Counted from the first letter of the stretch, positions 38,790-51,036 are shown. The stretch: 64,000 nt of DNA from Octopus sinensis (GCF_006345805.1 NC_043024.1:8866001-8930000); one strand, 5' to 3'. Notes: a model not told the origin generated them from the letters alone. A program made the numbers and translations.

Positions 38790-39725
38790 CAAGCAATAAT
38801 TAATCTCTGAGCGAGATGTAAACAATAACTGCACGACAACGTGAGGTATGTTTGCCATTTCAATATGGCTAACCACTAAGGGTGGGTGTTACTGTAGCTT
38901 GTAGCCCCAGGAGATCGTCTCCAGCTGGCTTTAGGCACACTTTCTGTGCCCTTATGGTATTTGCAAAGGGAGGTCATCCTTCCCTCGTCAACCTAATTGA
39001 TACGCACGGACTGCAGTTTCTGGGAATTGACCCCTCATCAGTGCACAACAATCACTGGTTTTCGATGAAAGGAGTTCCCAATGCAAATATTTATATCCTT
39101 TTTCCAGTAACTTTTCGTCACTGATCTTGAAAAAGTGTATACAAGCAATAATAAATCTCTGAACGAGGTATAAACAGTAACTGCACGACAATGTGAGGTA
39201 TATTTGCCATCTCAATATGGCTAACCACTAAGAGTGGGTGTTACTGTAGCTTGTATTTGCAAATACCTTAAGAGCACAGAGAGTGTGCCTAAAGCCAGCT
39301 GGAGACGATGATCTCCTGGGGATACAAGCTACAGTAACACCCATATTGAGATGGCAAATATACCTCGCATTATTGTGCAGTTACTGTTTATACCTCGTTC
39401 AGAGATTTATTATTGCTTGTTTACACTTTTTCAAGATCAGTAACGAAAAGTTACTGGAAAAAGGATATAAGGATTTGCATTGGGAACTCCTTTCATTGAA
39501 AACCATTGTCGTACGCTGATAATGGGTCAAAAGCTAGAAACTGCAGTCCGTGCGTATCACTTAGGTTGACGAGGGAAGGTGACCTCCCTTTGCAAATACC
39601 GATAGGGCACAGAAAGTGTGCCTAAAGCCAGCTGGAGACGATGTTCTCCTGGGGCTACAAGCTACAGTAACACCCACCCTTAGTGGTTAGCCATATTGAG
39701 ATGGCAAACATACCTCACATTGTTA
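38790..39725. repeat. ~900-bp imperfect palindrome; each arm built from a ~350-bp repeated unit
   Basis: 38840-39255 mirrors 39275-39720; centre GTATTTGCAAATAC. Confidence 0.85.
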
Positions 39726-39769
39726 TTCTGTTCTCCATTTACTTTCTTGTTTATTCCCAAGAGATTTAA

Positions 39770-39979
39770 CCCTTTAGTGTTCAGTTTACTCTGTTAAATA
39801 TAATACTTCTTCACTCAAATTGTTTTGAATTAATCATGCATTATCTTATAGCTTTGAGGTTTCAATGATGTGATTGTTTATATTTAGAATGACATTGTCG
39901 GGTAGGTGTGAGAGGCTAGATATTGCCAGTTTGAATATAAAACATGTAGAATATCTGGGCCGGTTTAAACACTAAAGGG
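39770..39979. mobile_element. piggyBac-type MITE (P1)
   Basis: TTAA|CCCTTTAG...CTAAAGGG|TTAA. Confidence 0.85.
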
Positions 39980-40252
39980 TTAAAGCTGCTTTTGGACAAC
40001 TGGGTGGTACTTACTTTGGGTTTCTGTATCTTATGTCACTAAAGTGGAGAAAATCTGGTATTTTTTTTTTAACAAGACTTCTTTAAGTAGATTTTTTTAA
40101 GAAGCAAATCAGAGAAGGCCTTGATCATGCAAGCTTGCAATGTCACAATGTGTGACAAGGAGGCCCCTAATATTTGAGACGCCCAAAGCAATTGCCCCAT
40201 TTCACCCTCACCTATAAATCTGGATCTATCATATATTTATATATATGTATAC

Positions 40253-40588
40253 TCTTATTTGTTTCAGTCATTTGACTGCGGCCATGCTGGAGCACCGCCT
40301 TTAGTCGAGCGACTCGACCCCGGGACTTATTCTTTGTAAGCCCAGTACTTATTCTATCGGTCTCTTTTGCCGAACCACTAAGTGACGGAGACATAAACAC
40401 ACCAGCATCGGTTGTTAAGCAATACTAGGGGGACAAACACAGACACACACATATATGTATACATATATACGACAGGCTTCTTTCAGTTTCCGTCTACCAA
40501 ATCCACTCACAAGGCTTTGGTCGGCCCGAGGCTATAGTAGAAGACACTTGCCCAAGGTGCCACACAGTGGGACTGAACCCAGAACCAT
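40253..40588 (-). mobile_element. SINE family A, 5'-truncated
   Basis: Sequence match; the head is cut where the next element begins. Confidence 0.8.
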
Positions 40589-40815
40589 AGTGGTTAAGAG
40601 CGTGGACTACTAACCCCAAGATTCCAAGTTTGATTCCGAGCAGTGACCTAAACACTAATAATAATAATAATAATATCGAAAAATACCTTGGGAATGAGAA
40701 CCCAGGTTTGAAATTTCCCCAAGACACCTGATGAAGGCTGAAGGGTATATCAGCTGAAATGTTGTATTAACAACAAACGATGAGGACAAATATCCGTCAA
40801 ATGTAAATAATGTAC
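40589..40815 (+). mobile_element. tRNA-headed SINE with a hammerhead-like motif in its tail
   Basis: AGTGGTTAAGAGCG...AGTTTGATTCC (A/B-box-like), (TAA)n spacer, then CTGATGAAGGCTGA..TCAGCTGAAAT; tail AAATGTAAATAATGTA. Confidence 0.6.
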
Positions 40816-40989
40816 AGAATTCTTCATCTCTTAAATATAGAACTGTATTGATATTATAGTTTTAAAAATTAGAAAACTTTAAACTGTAATAATGAACTAC
40901 AACAATATAAGAGCATTTCTTTTAAGCTTTGTAATGTGTTGTAAAAAGAATGCGGAGTGTTCTGATGGATGGCTTCATGATTTATCAGA

Positions 40990-41277
40990 CAACCGAAGCT
41001 GGTGTGTTTACGTCCCGGTAACTTAGCAGTTCGGCAAAAGAGACCGATAGGATAACTCACCAACATCAGTTGTCAAGCGATGGTGAGTGACAAACACAGA
41101 CACACACACACATATATATATATATATACGATGGGCTTCTTTCAGTTTCTGTCTACCAAATCCACTCACAAGGCTTTGGTCGGCCCAAGGCTATAGTAGA
41201 AGACACTTGCCAGAGGTGACATGCGGTGGGATTGAACCTGGAACCATGTGGTTGGTAAGCAAGCTACTTACCACAAA
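40990..41277 (-). mobile_element. SINE family A, degenerate
   Basis: Sequence match. Confidence 0.7.
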
Positions 41278-41805
41278 AATACATATATATAAAATAAATA
41301 TATACATACAGGAGTGGCTGTGTGGTAAGTACCATGCTTACCGTAGTGTAAATTGAATGTAAATAATGTAAATAATATACATTTCAGTACTTCTCATTCA
41401 AGCTGTGTTGTGTGTCTACCAATTTCACTCAAGGTATCGGTTGAAATGAGATGATAGTAGAAAGCATATGCCCAAGGTACAGCACAGAGAGACTGAACCA
41501 AAACCACAAAGTTGCAAAGCAAATTTCTTAAGCACACAGCTATGCATACATCTGTTAGCAACTCTCAAAGATAATTTTAAAAAATAAGGCATTTATTTCT
41601 CAAATTTAATTTACATACTTTTGGGAAAAATCTGATTTTTGCAAATAAAAAAGAACAATTATTTATGTGTTCCAGTTTTTAGATAGACCCCCCCTCATCA
41701 GCAGATTATAATTGCTGCTTCTACTGTGTGTTGTTTTCCTCATTGTATTTTCAATTAAGGACATTAAATAATGGAGTCCTAGGTATACTGTAAAATATGT
41801 ATTTT

Positions 41806-42400
41806 TTAAATACATATTTTATCTGTGAGTTTGGACGTGTAAACTGGGAATGCATACAATGAGCTTCTCTGCCCTAGGTGTACGGAAAACACTCGTTGAG
41901 AAACGGAAGAAAATTTGAAGAAAGAAGAAAATAGTAATAATAATAATAATAAAACTAAAAAAAAATGACAAACTTCACCATACAAAAATATTTTTGGTAA
42001 TGGTAAGCAGACTCCTAACTGGGACGTGTAAACTGGGAATGCATACAATGAGCTTCTCTGCCCTAGGTGTACGGAAAACACCCGTTGAGAAACGGAAGAA
42101 AATTTGAAGAAAGAAGAAAATAGTAATAATAATAATAATAATATAAAACTAAAAAAAATGGACAAACTTCACCACACAAAAACATTTTTGGTAATGGTAA
42201 GCAGACTTCTGACTGAAATCTGGTTGTACTCGGTGAGAAACGGAAGAAAATTTCAAGAAAGAAGGAAAAAAAAAAAGAAAATAATAATAATAAAATTAAA
42301 AAAAAAAGGGCAAATTTCACCATACAAAAACCTTATTGGTAATGGTAAGCAGATTCCTAACTGAAATCTGGTTGTAATAATTCCAATTGTAAAGTTTATC
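41806..42400. repeat. ~190-bp tandem repeat (~3 units); a homologous segment abuts the TERT donor at 59406
   Basis: AAACTGGGAATGCATACAATGAGCTTCTCTGCCCTAGG at 41841, 42030 and ~59297. Confidence 0.8.
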
Positions 42401-42767
42401 AGAAAAATAGTAAACCATCTAAATTGATAAATTTTAATACAAGTTAACGACCAGCAACTGATGGCAAAGATTAGGTAAAGAACTTTTGAAATATTGGAGA
42501 ACATTTTAATTCCTATTTCTTACTCAAAACACACTCAACAGCAGACATCATTATAGTTTCTATACCAACATTTGGTAAACTAATTGATATTTCTAATTCT
42601 TTGATATTGGCCCTATTATTTATTATTTCTGTAATTTAATTGTTACTATTCTTCAATTGATAATTTTGGTCAAAATTCCATCTCTTACTTTGGTCTTACT
42701 TTGGTCATTTTCAGCACATTTGGTCAAAATTCCATTTTCTCTTTGGAAATGTCAAATTTGCAACTCT

Positions 42768-42773
42768 TTTATT
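42768..42773 (-). terminator. Candidate TERT polyadenylation signal AATAAA
   Basis: First AATAAA on the - strand, ~105 nt after the stop; another at ~42620. Unverified. Confidence 0.35.
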
Positions 42774-42877
42774 TGGTAACCGTGGTCAGTATTTCAACAT
42801 GTTCCTTTGTCAAGTTTGCTTTTCTTAGTTCTTCAGGTTGGTACATTTATAGATATTCTGGAAAGTTCCTCGGTGTC

Positions 42878-42955
42878 TCAGTCTAAGACGTTCTTGAAAT
42901 GATCCGAAACACCAGATTCCTTCACTTCCATAAACAGGTTGTATCGCTGCTCACT
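42878..42955 (-). CDS. TERT: Telomerase reverse transcriptase, terminal exon
   Basis: tatcag|AGT; SEQRYNLFMEVKESGVSDHFKNVLD*; matches the TERT C-terminus (human ...PSDFKTILD*). Confidence 0.85.
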   Translation of the reverse strand, partial: SEQRYNLFMEVKESGVSDHFKNVLD

Positions 42956-43035
42956 CTGATATTTGATAAAAATATTTTAAAAACAAAAATAAATGAAAAT
43001 AATTATTTGAATCATTTACATATACACCACACATA

Positions 43036-43268
43036 TACCTATTTCTTTATTATCCACAAGGGGCTAAACACAGAAGGGACAAACAAGGACAAACAAATGG
43101 ATTAAGTCAATTACATCGACCCCAGTGCATAACTGGTACTTATTTTATCGACCCCGAAAGGATGAAAGGCAAAGTCGACCTCGGTGGAATTTGAACTCAC
43201 AACATAATGGCAGATGAAATACCGCTAAGCATTTCGTCCGGCGTGCTAACGTTTCTGCCAGCTCGCCG
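43036..43268 (-). mobile_element. SINE family B monomer
   Basis: Sequence match. Confidence 0.85.
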
Positions 43269-43916
43269 TACATATACCACACACACACTTGTGTACCTGT
43301 GGAAAATCCTTGAGGTATATCTCTTACTCTCTCTTTATTTGTTTCAGTCATTTGACTGCGGCTATGCTGGAGCATCGCCTTTAGTGAGCAAATCGACCCT
43401 AGGGCTTATTCTTTGTAAGCCCAGTACTTATTCTATCGGCCTCTTTTGCCAAACTGTTAATTTACGGGGACGTAAACACACCAGCATCAGTTGGGGGAAC
43501 AAACACAGACACACACATATACATATATACGATGGGCTTCTTTCAGTTTCCGTCTACCAAATCCACTCACAAGGTTTTGGTTGGCCCTTTAAGGCAGTGC
43601 TCCAGCATGGCTGTAGTCAAATGACTGAGACAAGTAAAAGAGGGTAGTGAAAAAGTTGGGATCCATTATCTTAATGCATAACCCAGTTTACCTCCCTCAG
43701 CTGACCCTTGGCAACCAGACAAAATAAAAATCAGTTAATAAAGTTCAAAGCTCTAAACATATTCACTAAAAATGTGTCCTTCTTCACTTAACCCCTTCAA
43801 GGTATACACGCTTGATTGTGGACTTTCATGTTTGTGAAATAAATACCTACAAGTTTTAAGTTAAGTTCAATTCCAGATCAGAACGAGGTTGATTCCATTT
43901 TCCATATCTCATCAAC

Positions 43917-44079
43917 AGGCGCAGGAGTGGCTGTGTGGTAAGTAGCTTGCTTACCAACCACATGGTTCCGGGTTCAGTCCCACTGCATGGCACCTTGGGC
44001 AAGTGTCTTCTACTATAGCCCCGGGCCGACCAATGCCTTGTGAGTGGGTTTGGTAGACGGAAACTGAAAGAAGCCTGTC

Positions 44080-44111
<32 letters not shown>

Positions 44112-44305
44112 TTGTCCCCCCAGCATTGCTTGACAACCGATGCTGGTATGTTTATGTCCCCGTAACTTAGCAGTTCGGCAAAAGTGACCGATAGAATAAG
44201 TACTAGGCTTACAAAGAATAAGTCCTGGGGTTAATTTGCTTGACTAAAGGCGGTGCTCCAGCATGGCCATAGTCAAATGACTGAAACAAGTAAAAGAGTA
44301 AAAGG
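43917..44305 (+). mobile_element. SINE family A
   Basis: Full-length copy. Confidence 0.85.
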
Positions 44306-44514
44306 GAATGAAATAAATACCAACAGTGTATTGCTGGGTTGGTTATATATACAGGGTATGCTAGTTATTTATGAAAGCTTTTAAGAACCATATGTGTCCC
44401 AAACTTTAATTAAATAATCTCTCCTTTTTCAGCCCCAATATAGAAGCTTCTATGCAGATGATGAAAATGCATGCCATTCTTGTCATAAAGTGACAACCAT
44501 AATGGTGGAGGCAC

Positions 44515-44812
44515 ATGGCCTAGTGGTTAGAGCAGTGGACTCGCAGTCGAGGGATAGCGGATTCGAATCTCAGACCGGGCGATGTGTGTGTTTATGAGTG
44601 AAACACCTAAGCTCCATGTGGCTCCGGCAAAAGGTAATGGCGAAACTTCTGCTGATTCTTTCGCCACAACTTTCTCTCACTCTTTCCTCCTGCATCTTGC
44701 AACTCACCTGCGACGGACCAGCGTCCCGTCCAGATGGGGAACCTATACGCCAAGGAAACTGGCCCTTATGAGCCAGGAATGGCTCAAGAAGGAACAAACT
44801 AAACTAAACTAA
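44515..44812 (+). mobile_element. tRNA-derived SINE family C (variant tail)
   Basis: Head GGAGGCACATGGCCTAGTGGTTAGAGCAG...GGATTCGAATCTC. Confidence 0.75.
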
Positions 44813-44909
44813 ACCATAATGACTCACAGGTTATAACCTTAAATATTGCTTGGTCATTTCATATTTAAGAACAGAAAAGATTTCCTAACACCTAATAGGA
44901 ATGTGTCTT

Positions 44910-45380
44910 CTGATTGAAGAAGCACTTGTTGAACAATCTCAAGCACCCTGCGGTGCCTGACATGCTCTGGTTCTTTTCAAATGAGAAGAACTTTCTTCAA
45001 GATCAAAAAATGAAAAGGTGGACTGACAGATGGTTCTGTGCTGGTTTCACTGAAGACTCATTGTTATGAACACCAAATTCCCATTGTCTGTGAAGGTCTT
45101 GGGAGTCCTAAGTAACGCTCCTCACTTTGTCCTGCAAGGTTTTAGGGGTCAATGCAGCAGCCTACATCAAGCCCTGAATAAAGAGAGATGCTTGGGGGAA
45201 GCCGTACACGTTCCAGCAAGACTCTGCTCCCTTTTACATGGCCAGTAAGATCCAGGAGTGAATGGCTGAAAATTTTCATGATTATGTTACCCCTAACATT
45301 TAACCTCCTAGCTCTCCTGATTTAAATCCCCTGAATTACTATGTCTAAGCCTCATTGAGAGGGATCAAGCAAGCATACCT
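44910..45380 (+). pseudogene. Tc1/mariner-superfamily transposase relic (catalytic region)
   Basis: Reads LWFFSNEKNF, NTKFPLSVKVLGV, YTFQQDSAP and PPSSPDLNPL with stops and frameshifts. Confidence 0.85.
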
Positions 45381-45388
45381 ACAATACA

Positions 45389-45698
45389 GGCGTTGTGAGT
45401 GTTTATTGAGTGAAAACACCTAAAGCTCCATGACGCTCCGGCAGGGGATTGTGGTGATCCCTGCTGTACTCTTTCGCCACAACTTTCTCTCACTCTTACT
45501 TCCTGTTTCTGTTGTACCTGTATTTCAAAGGGCCGGCCTTGTCACTCTCTGTGTCAGGCTGAATATCCCCAAGAACGATGTTAAGGGTACACGTGTCTGT
45601 GGAGTGCTCAGCCACTTACACGTTAATTTCACGAGCAGGCTGTTCCATTGATTCGGATCAACCGGAACCCTCATCATTGTAACCGACGGAGTGCTTCC
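45389..45698 (+). mobile_element. SINE family C, 5'-truncated
   Basis: Inverted relative to the copies at 48996 and 52538. Confidence 0.85.
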
Positions 45699-45830
45699 CC
45701 CCCCCCCCTGAGGCAGTAATTAAGGTTGATGGCAGTTTTTTTTTTACATACCAAATTCTGTGTTATTGTGTCATTTCATTGTTTTTAACATAGTAAAGTT
45801 TGATTCCCGATACTAAAATGTTGGAATTAC

Positions 45831-45936
45831 CAGGAGGAGTTTTGTCCGAGTAAAGTACATCTGCAGCATCTTACGAAGTTTGTGATATTGACTGCAATGG
45901 CAGGACAGTTTAATATCGAACGCCATGAAGCACAAC
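45831..45936 (-). CDS. TERT: TERT exon (C-terminal extension)
   Basis: atatag|G; (W)LCFMAFDIKLSCHCSQYHKLRKMLQMYFTRTKLLL; donor CTG|gtaatt; aligns with human WLCHQAFLLKL. Confidence 0.85.
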
Positions 45937-46027
45937 CTATATCAGGATAGAAAAATAAAAATAAAAGAGATTGTAACACATTTAGTGTCTACAGAGTTAC
46001 GTCTATGCTTCTCTCTCTCTCTCTCTC

Positions 46028-46520
46028 TCATCGTTTAGCGTCCGCTTTCCATGCTGGCATGGGTTGGACGGTTCAACTGGGGCCTGGGAAGTCAGGAGGC
46101 TGCACCAGGCTCCAGTCTGATCTGGCAATGTTTCTACAGCTGGATGCCCTTCCTAATGCAAACCACTCCGTGAGTGTAGCGGGTGCTTTTACGTGCCACC
46201 GGCACAGGTGCCAGACGAGGCTGGCAAATGGCCACGATCGGAGAGTGCTTTTTACGTGCCACCGGCACAAGGGCCAGGCAAGGATGGCAAACAGCCATGA
46301 TCAGATGGTGCTTTTTACGTGCCACTGGCACGGGGGCAAGGCGAGGCTGGCAAACGGCCACGATCGGATAGTGCTTTTTACGTGCCACTGGCATGGAGGC
46401 CAGGCGAGGCTGGCAACGGCCACGATCGGGAAGTGGTTTTTTTACATGCCACCGGCACGATGCCAGTCGGGCGGCGCTGGCAACGGCCACGTTCGAATGG
46501 CTTTCTTACGTACCACCAGC
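46028..46520 (-). mobile_element. Family D element with ~60-bp minisatellite
   Basis: Sequence match. Confidence 0.75.
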
Positions 46521-46529
46521 AATTTCCAT

Positions 46530-46748
46530 TAGTGTTCAGATTACTCTATTAAATATAATACTTTTTCACTCAAATTGTTTTGAATTAATCATGCATTATC
46601 TTATAGCTTTGAGGTTTCAGTGATGTGATTGTTTATTTTTAGCATGACATTGTAGGTTAGGTGTGAGAGGCTAGATATCGCCAGTGTGAATATAAAACAT
46701 TTAGAATATTTGGGCCAGATATGGCCGGTTTAAACACCAAAGGATTAA
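46530..46748. mobile_element. Degenerate piggyBac-type MITE (P1)
   Basis: Interior matches 39770-39979; termini eroded. Confidence 0.65.
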
Positions 46749-46989
46749 ATAAAGATGCTTGATGGATTTATTTTTATTGCACTCTTTATCAAGAATCATC
46801 ATAAGTTAAGTTAATTTTTTGGCTCAAAAAGCAAAAAGCAAGGCCATGTAGGGGGACATGGAGTTATGTACAGGGAGGGTGTTCATGCAAAGAGTTCAGG
46901 CCATTTCTGGTCAAGAGAGACTTTGAACCGAGTGGTCGTCTGCATCTTCACTATCTCATATTTAATATCCTATCATTACTAGGAATTTT

Positions 46990-47570
46990 ATTAGTATTCG
47001 GATACTGGATATAGTAAATTTTGCCCTTGTACCCAGCTTCAGATAATGCACAGTTACAGTAATTTTCATTTTGTACAAATACACCCACATTGACAGGAAG
47101 CTTTGAAATATGAGTTGATATATTTTTAATGATAGAATTTATGATGTTTCTAGGATGATTAGAATGTTTATTCACATATCTTAAACACGCATTTGGTTTA
47201 TGATATGGTTGGCATTGTCCGATACTTAAGTGCTGGGTAACATCAATGAAGTTAACCTTCCGAAATTCATTTTCTATGGAAATGGACAGACGGAGGTACT
47301 TAAAGAATTTAAAAAGTTTTTTTCCAGGAATTTTTAACATTAACCTTACTAGACCTATGGATAGTGAAAAGAACATCATCCCTATATAATCCATCTCTTA
47401 CTTCAGGAAATTCTCTATGTACACAGTTAACATAAACGTCCCCTAAATCAGTTACTGGTGCAGGTTTGCTGGACCCCAAAATAATGTTGAAATTAGTGGA
47501 TCTGTCAGTCCTAGTACAGTACTTTCCATTGAATTTTGTTATGGAATGTACTAGACTAGGGCTGATAGAC
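46990..47570 (-). pseudogene. Penelope-like retroelement reverse transcriptase relic (motif C to thumb)
   Basis: GLYRDD, KVNFIDVT, PYHKPN, YVNKHSNHP and ALSEAGY motifs; one frameshift near 47310-47390. Confidence 0.8.
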
Positions 47571-47698
47571 TTGATAATTTTGACATTACTGTGGGGTCCA
47601 GTAACTCTGCACAAGTAACTGATACAATGAGAAAGAGTAAATTTGCACATATGCATGTGTGTGTTGGGCAGGTGTATGCTAATAAAATTTCTACATAC

Positions 47699-47745
47699 CA
47701 TTTATTCTCCACTTTGTTCAGTGGGTAACTGTTTGCGCCATTCAT
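47699..47745 (-). CDS. TERT: TERT exon (47 nt)
   Basis: ttacag|ATG; MNGANSYPLNKVENK(TG); donor gtatgt; exactly bridges the phase 0 and phase 2 neighbours and supplies the conserved Trp. Confidence 0.78.
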
Positions 47746-48285
47746 CTGTAAAATGATAACAACAGTATTAATAACAACCAACAGTAGCCCTCCTTGGAAA
47801 TTTGTGCCCCTGTGCACAAACTGTAAACCATTATCATCATCATCATTAGTTTTAGAATGGTAGAATCAACAGAGCGACAAACAAAATGCCAAGATGTACT
47901 TAGTTATATTCTTCACTTTCCGAGTTCTAATATTGTTAAGGTCATCTTTTGCTTTCGTGTTTCTGGGATTGGGGAAGGGGATGTGTATGTCTTAAAACAA
48001 GTACCAGTCATATACTGGCTGCGAGTAAATCAGTTACATCTCTCTTTAAGTCATAAATCTACTTGATCAAAACTGACCTGGGGTTAAAAAAACAACAGCA
48101 ACAACCAAAGCATTTGGCAATCTGATTGTGATACCATTGTTAATTAGAGTAGTAAGTTCTTGTTTCCGCAATCCCTTGGCTCCTATTTTTTTTTTCATTG
48201 AGAAATAAAAGTCAAGGTGGAAAAGGCAGCACAATGATCCTTTATTTTCTGAGGACCTCCAAGATTTGAAGAAAGTATGGAGTTA

Positions 48286-48696
48286 CTCTCTTTTTACTCT
48301 CTCTTTTACTTGTTTCAGTCATTTGACTGCGGCCATGCTGGAGCACTGCCTTTAGTCGAGCAAATTGACCCCGGGACTTATTCTTTTTGTAAGCCCAGTA
48401 CTTATTCTATCGGTCTCTTTTGCCGAACCGCTAAGTGACGTAAACACACCAGCATCGGTTGTCAAGCAATACTAGGGGACAAACACAGACACACAAACAT
48501 ATACACACACACTTATATATATATACATATATACGACAGGCTTCTTTCAGTTTCCGTCTACCAAATCCACTCACAAGGCATTGGTCGGCCCGGGGCTATA
48601 GCAGAAGACACTTGCCCAAGATGCCACACAGTGGGACTGAACCCGGAACCATGTGGTTGGTTAGCAAGCTACTTACCACACAGCCACTCCTGCGCT
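48286..48696 (-). mobile_element. SINE family A
   Basis: Full-length reverse copy. Confidence 0.85.
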
Positions 48697-48995
48697 TAGT
48701 TATCCGCAAACTGAAGACATTGGCAAAAATACTTGCAACAGAGGCAGCTGGGGACCATCAAAACTCAACAATTTAGAAGACAAAGTGCTTGAACAAACAC
48801 CACAAGGCATCATGTCTAACGCTACAACAATTACACCAATTTGCTGTCTTGGATGACTATTTTATTTATCCCCCAAAATGACAAAGCTTATCATGGTGGG
48901 ATTTGAACTCAAAACACAAAGACCTCAAACAAAGCTTTTTATTCTTCTCTCTAATGATTCTGCTAATTGGCTGATTTAAAATAATTTGCCAACTT

Positions 48996-49375
48996 GGAAG
49001 CACTCCGTCGGTTACGACGATGAGGGTTCTGGTTGATCCGATCAACGGAACAGCCTGCTCGTGAAATTAACGTGTAAGTGGCTGAGCACTCCACAGACAC
49101 GTGTACCCTTAACGTAGTTCTCGGGGATATTCAGCGTGACACAGAGAGTGACAAGGCCGGCCCTTCGAAATACAGGTACAACAGAAACAGGAAGTAAGAA
49201 TGAGAGAAAGTTGTGGTGAAAGTACAGCAGGGATCACCACCATTCCTGAAGGAGCCTCGTGGAGCTTTGGGTGTTTTCGCTCAATAAACACTCACAACGC
49301 CCGGTCTGGGAATCGAAACCGCGATCCTACGACCGTGAGTCCGCTGCCCTAACCACTGGGCCATTGCGCCTCCAC
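48996..49375 (-). mobile_element. SINE family C, full length, with a 13-bp TSD
   Basis: Flanks AATTTGCCAACTT / AATTTACCAACTT. Confidence 0.9.
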
Positions 49376-49782
49376 AATTTACCAACTTACAGCTAGATGG
49401 ACAGGGTCACTTATGTGTCCTGTCAATGTATGTAATGCAGGTACTAGTTATATTTCAGATGAGGTAACACAAGTCTGCATGATTTTTGATGTTTAAATGT
49501 CTACATAACTTTTTAAGGCAATTTTTTTATAGCAGAAGACACTTGCCCAAGGTGCCACGCAGTGGGACTGAACCCGGAACCATGTGGTTCGTAAGCAAGC
49601 TACTTACCACACAGCCACTCCTATGCCTATGTCTCTATTATTGTTCTTAATTTCATTGTGTTTTTTATCTAAAAGTCTGCCACAAAAGGGAATGAATGAC
49701 AAGAAAAAATCATCATATCCTTGGCAACCATTTGTGTAAAATCTGGATGTGATAGGGAAAAACTAAAAACACTTTTGAAATC

Positions 49783-50549
49783 AGCGGCAAGCTGGTAGAA
49801 ACGTTAGCACGCCGGGCGAAATGCGTAGCCGTATTTCGTCTGTCGTTACGTTTCGAGTTCAAATTCCGCCGAGGTCGACTTTGCCTTTCATCCTTTCGGG
49901 GTCGATAAATTAAGTGCCAGTTACGCACTGGGGTCAATGTAATCGACTTAATCTCTTTGTCTGTCCTTGTTTATCCCCTCCATATTTAGCCCCTTGTGGG
50001 TAGTAAAGAAATAGGTATTTCGTCTGTCGTTACGTTCTGAGTTCAAATTCCGCCGAGGTCGACTTTGCCTTTCATCCTTTCAGGGTCGATAAATTAAGTA
50101 CCAGTTACGCACTAGGGTTGATGTAATCGACTTAATTTGTTTGTCCCCTCTGTGTTTAACCCCTTGTGGGTAGTAAAGAAATAGGTATTTCATCTGCCGT
50201 TAGGTTCTGAGTTCAAATTCCGCCGAGGTCGACTTTGCCTTTCATCCTTTCGGGGTCGATAAATTAAGTACCAGTTACGCACTGGCGTCGATGTAATCGA
50301 CTTAATCCCTTTGTCTGTCCTTGTTTGCCCCCTCTATATTTAGCCCCTTGTGGGTAGTAAAGAAATAGGTATTTCGTCTGTCGTTACGTTCTGAGTTCAA
50401 ATTCCACCGAGGTCGACTTTGCCTTTCATCCTTTCGGGGTCGATAAATTAAGTACCAGTTACACACTGGGGTCGATGTAATCGACTTAATCCCTTTGTCT
50501 GTCCTTGTTTGTCCCCTCTGTGTTTAGCCCCTTGTGGTAGTAAAGAAAT
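49783..50549 (+). mobile_element. SINE family B tandem array (one head, four body units)
   Basis: AAAGAAATAG|GTATTTC junctions at ~50014, 50184 and 50368. Confidence 0.88.
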
Positions 50550-50703
50550 ACATGTTTGAAATCAGCATTAAATAATGGTTCCAAATCACCCCATAAGTAG
50601 ACAAATCCCCATTTATTTCATATAAAAATGCAGACTCATGTAACCATTAGCACAACCCTCACCATTCATCAATTTCCTTATATTAATGTCTGCAAATACT
50701 GAC

Positions 50704-50762
50704 CTTTTTCATGTAGAAATGAGTTTGTTGATTGAAATAGTCAGCAATTTCTTCAATACATT
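50704..50762 (-). CDS. TERT: TERT exon
   Basis: tttcag|AA; (E)CIEEIADYFNQQTHFYMKK; donor AAG|gtcagt. Confidence 0.82.
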
Positions 50763-50833
50763 CTGAAAATATATTTATATAACACAATAAAATAAGCATT
50801 ACATACATACATACATAAATGTGTGTGTGTGTC

Positions 50834-50986
50834 TCTTTTACTCTTTTACTTGTTTCAGTCATTTTGACTGCAGCCATGCTGGAGCACCGCCTTTAGTCAA
50901 GCAAATCGACCCCGGGGCTTATTCTTTGTAAGCCCAGTACTTATTCTATCGGTCTATTTTGCCGAACTGCATCGGTTGTCAAGCAA

Positions 50987-51036
<50 letters not shown>

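Noticed and set aside
43785-43850. Possible extra TERT exon (YLFHKHESPQSSVYTLK) in the last intron
   Set aside because: The flanking exons already join in phase 0 and align to the known C-terminus without it; its acceptor phase does not fit and the donor is weak.
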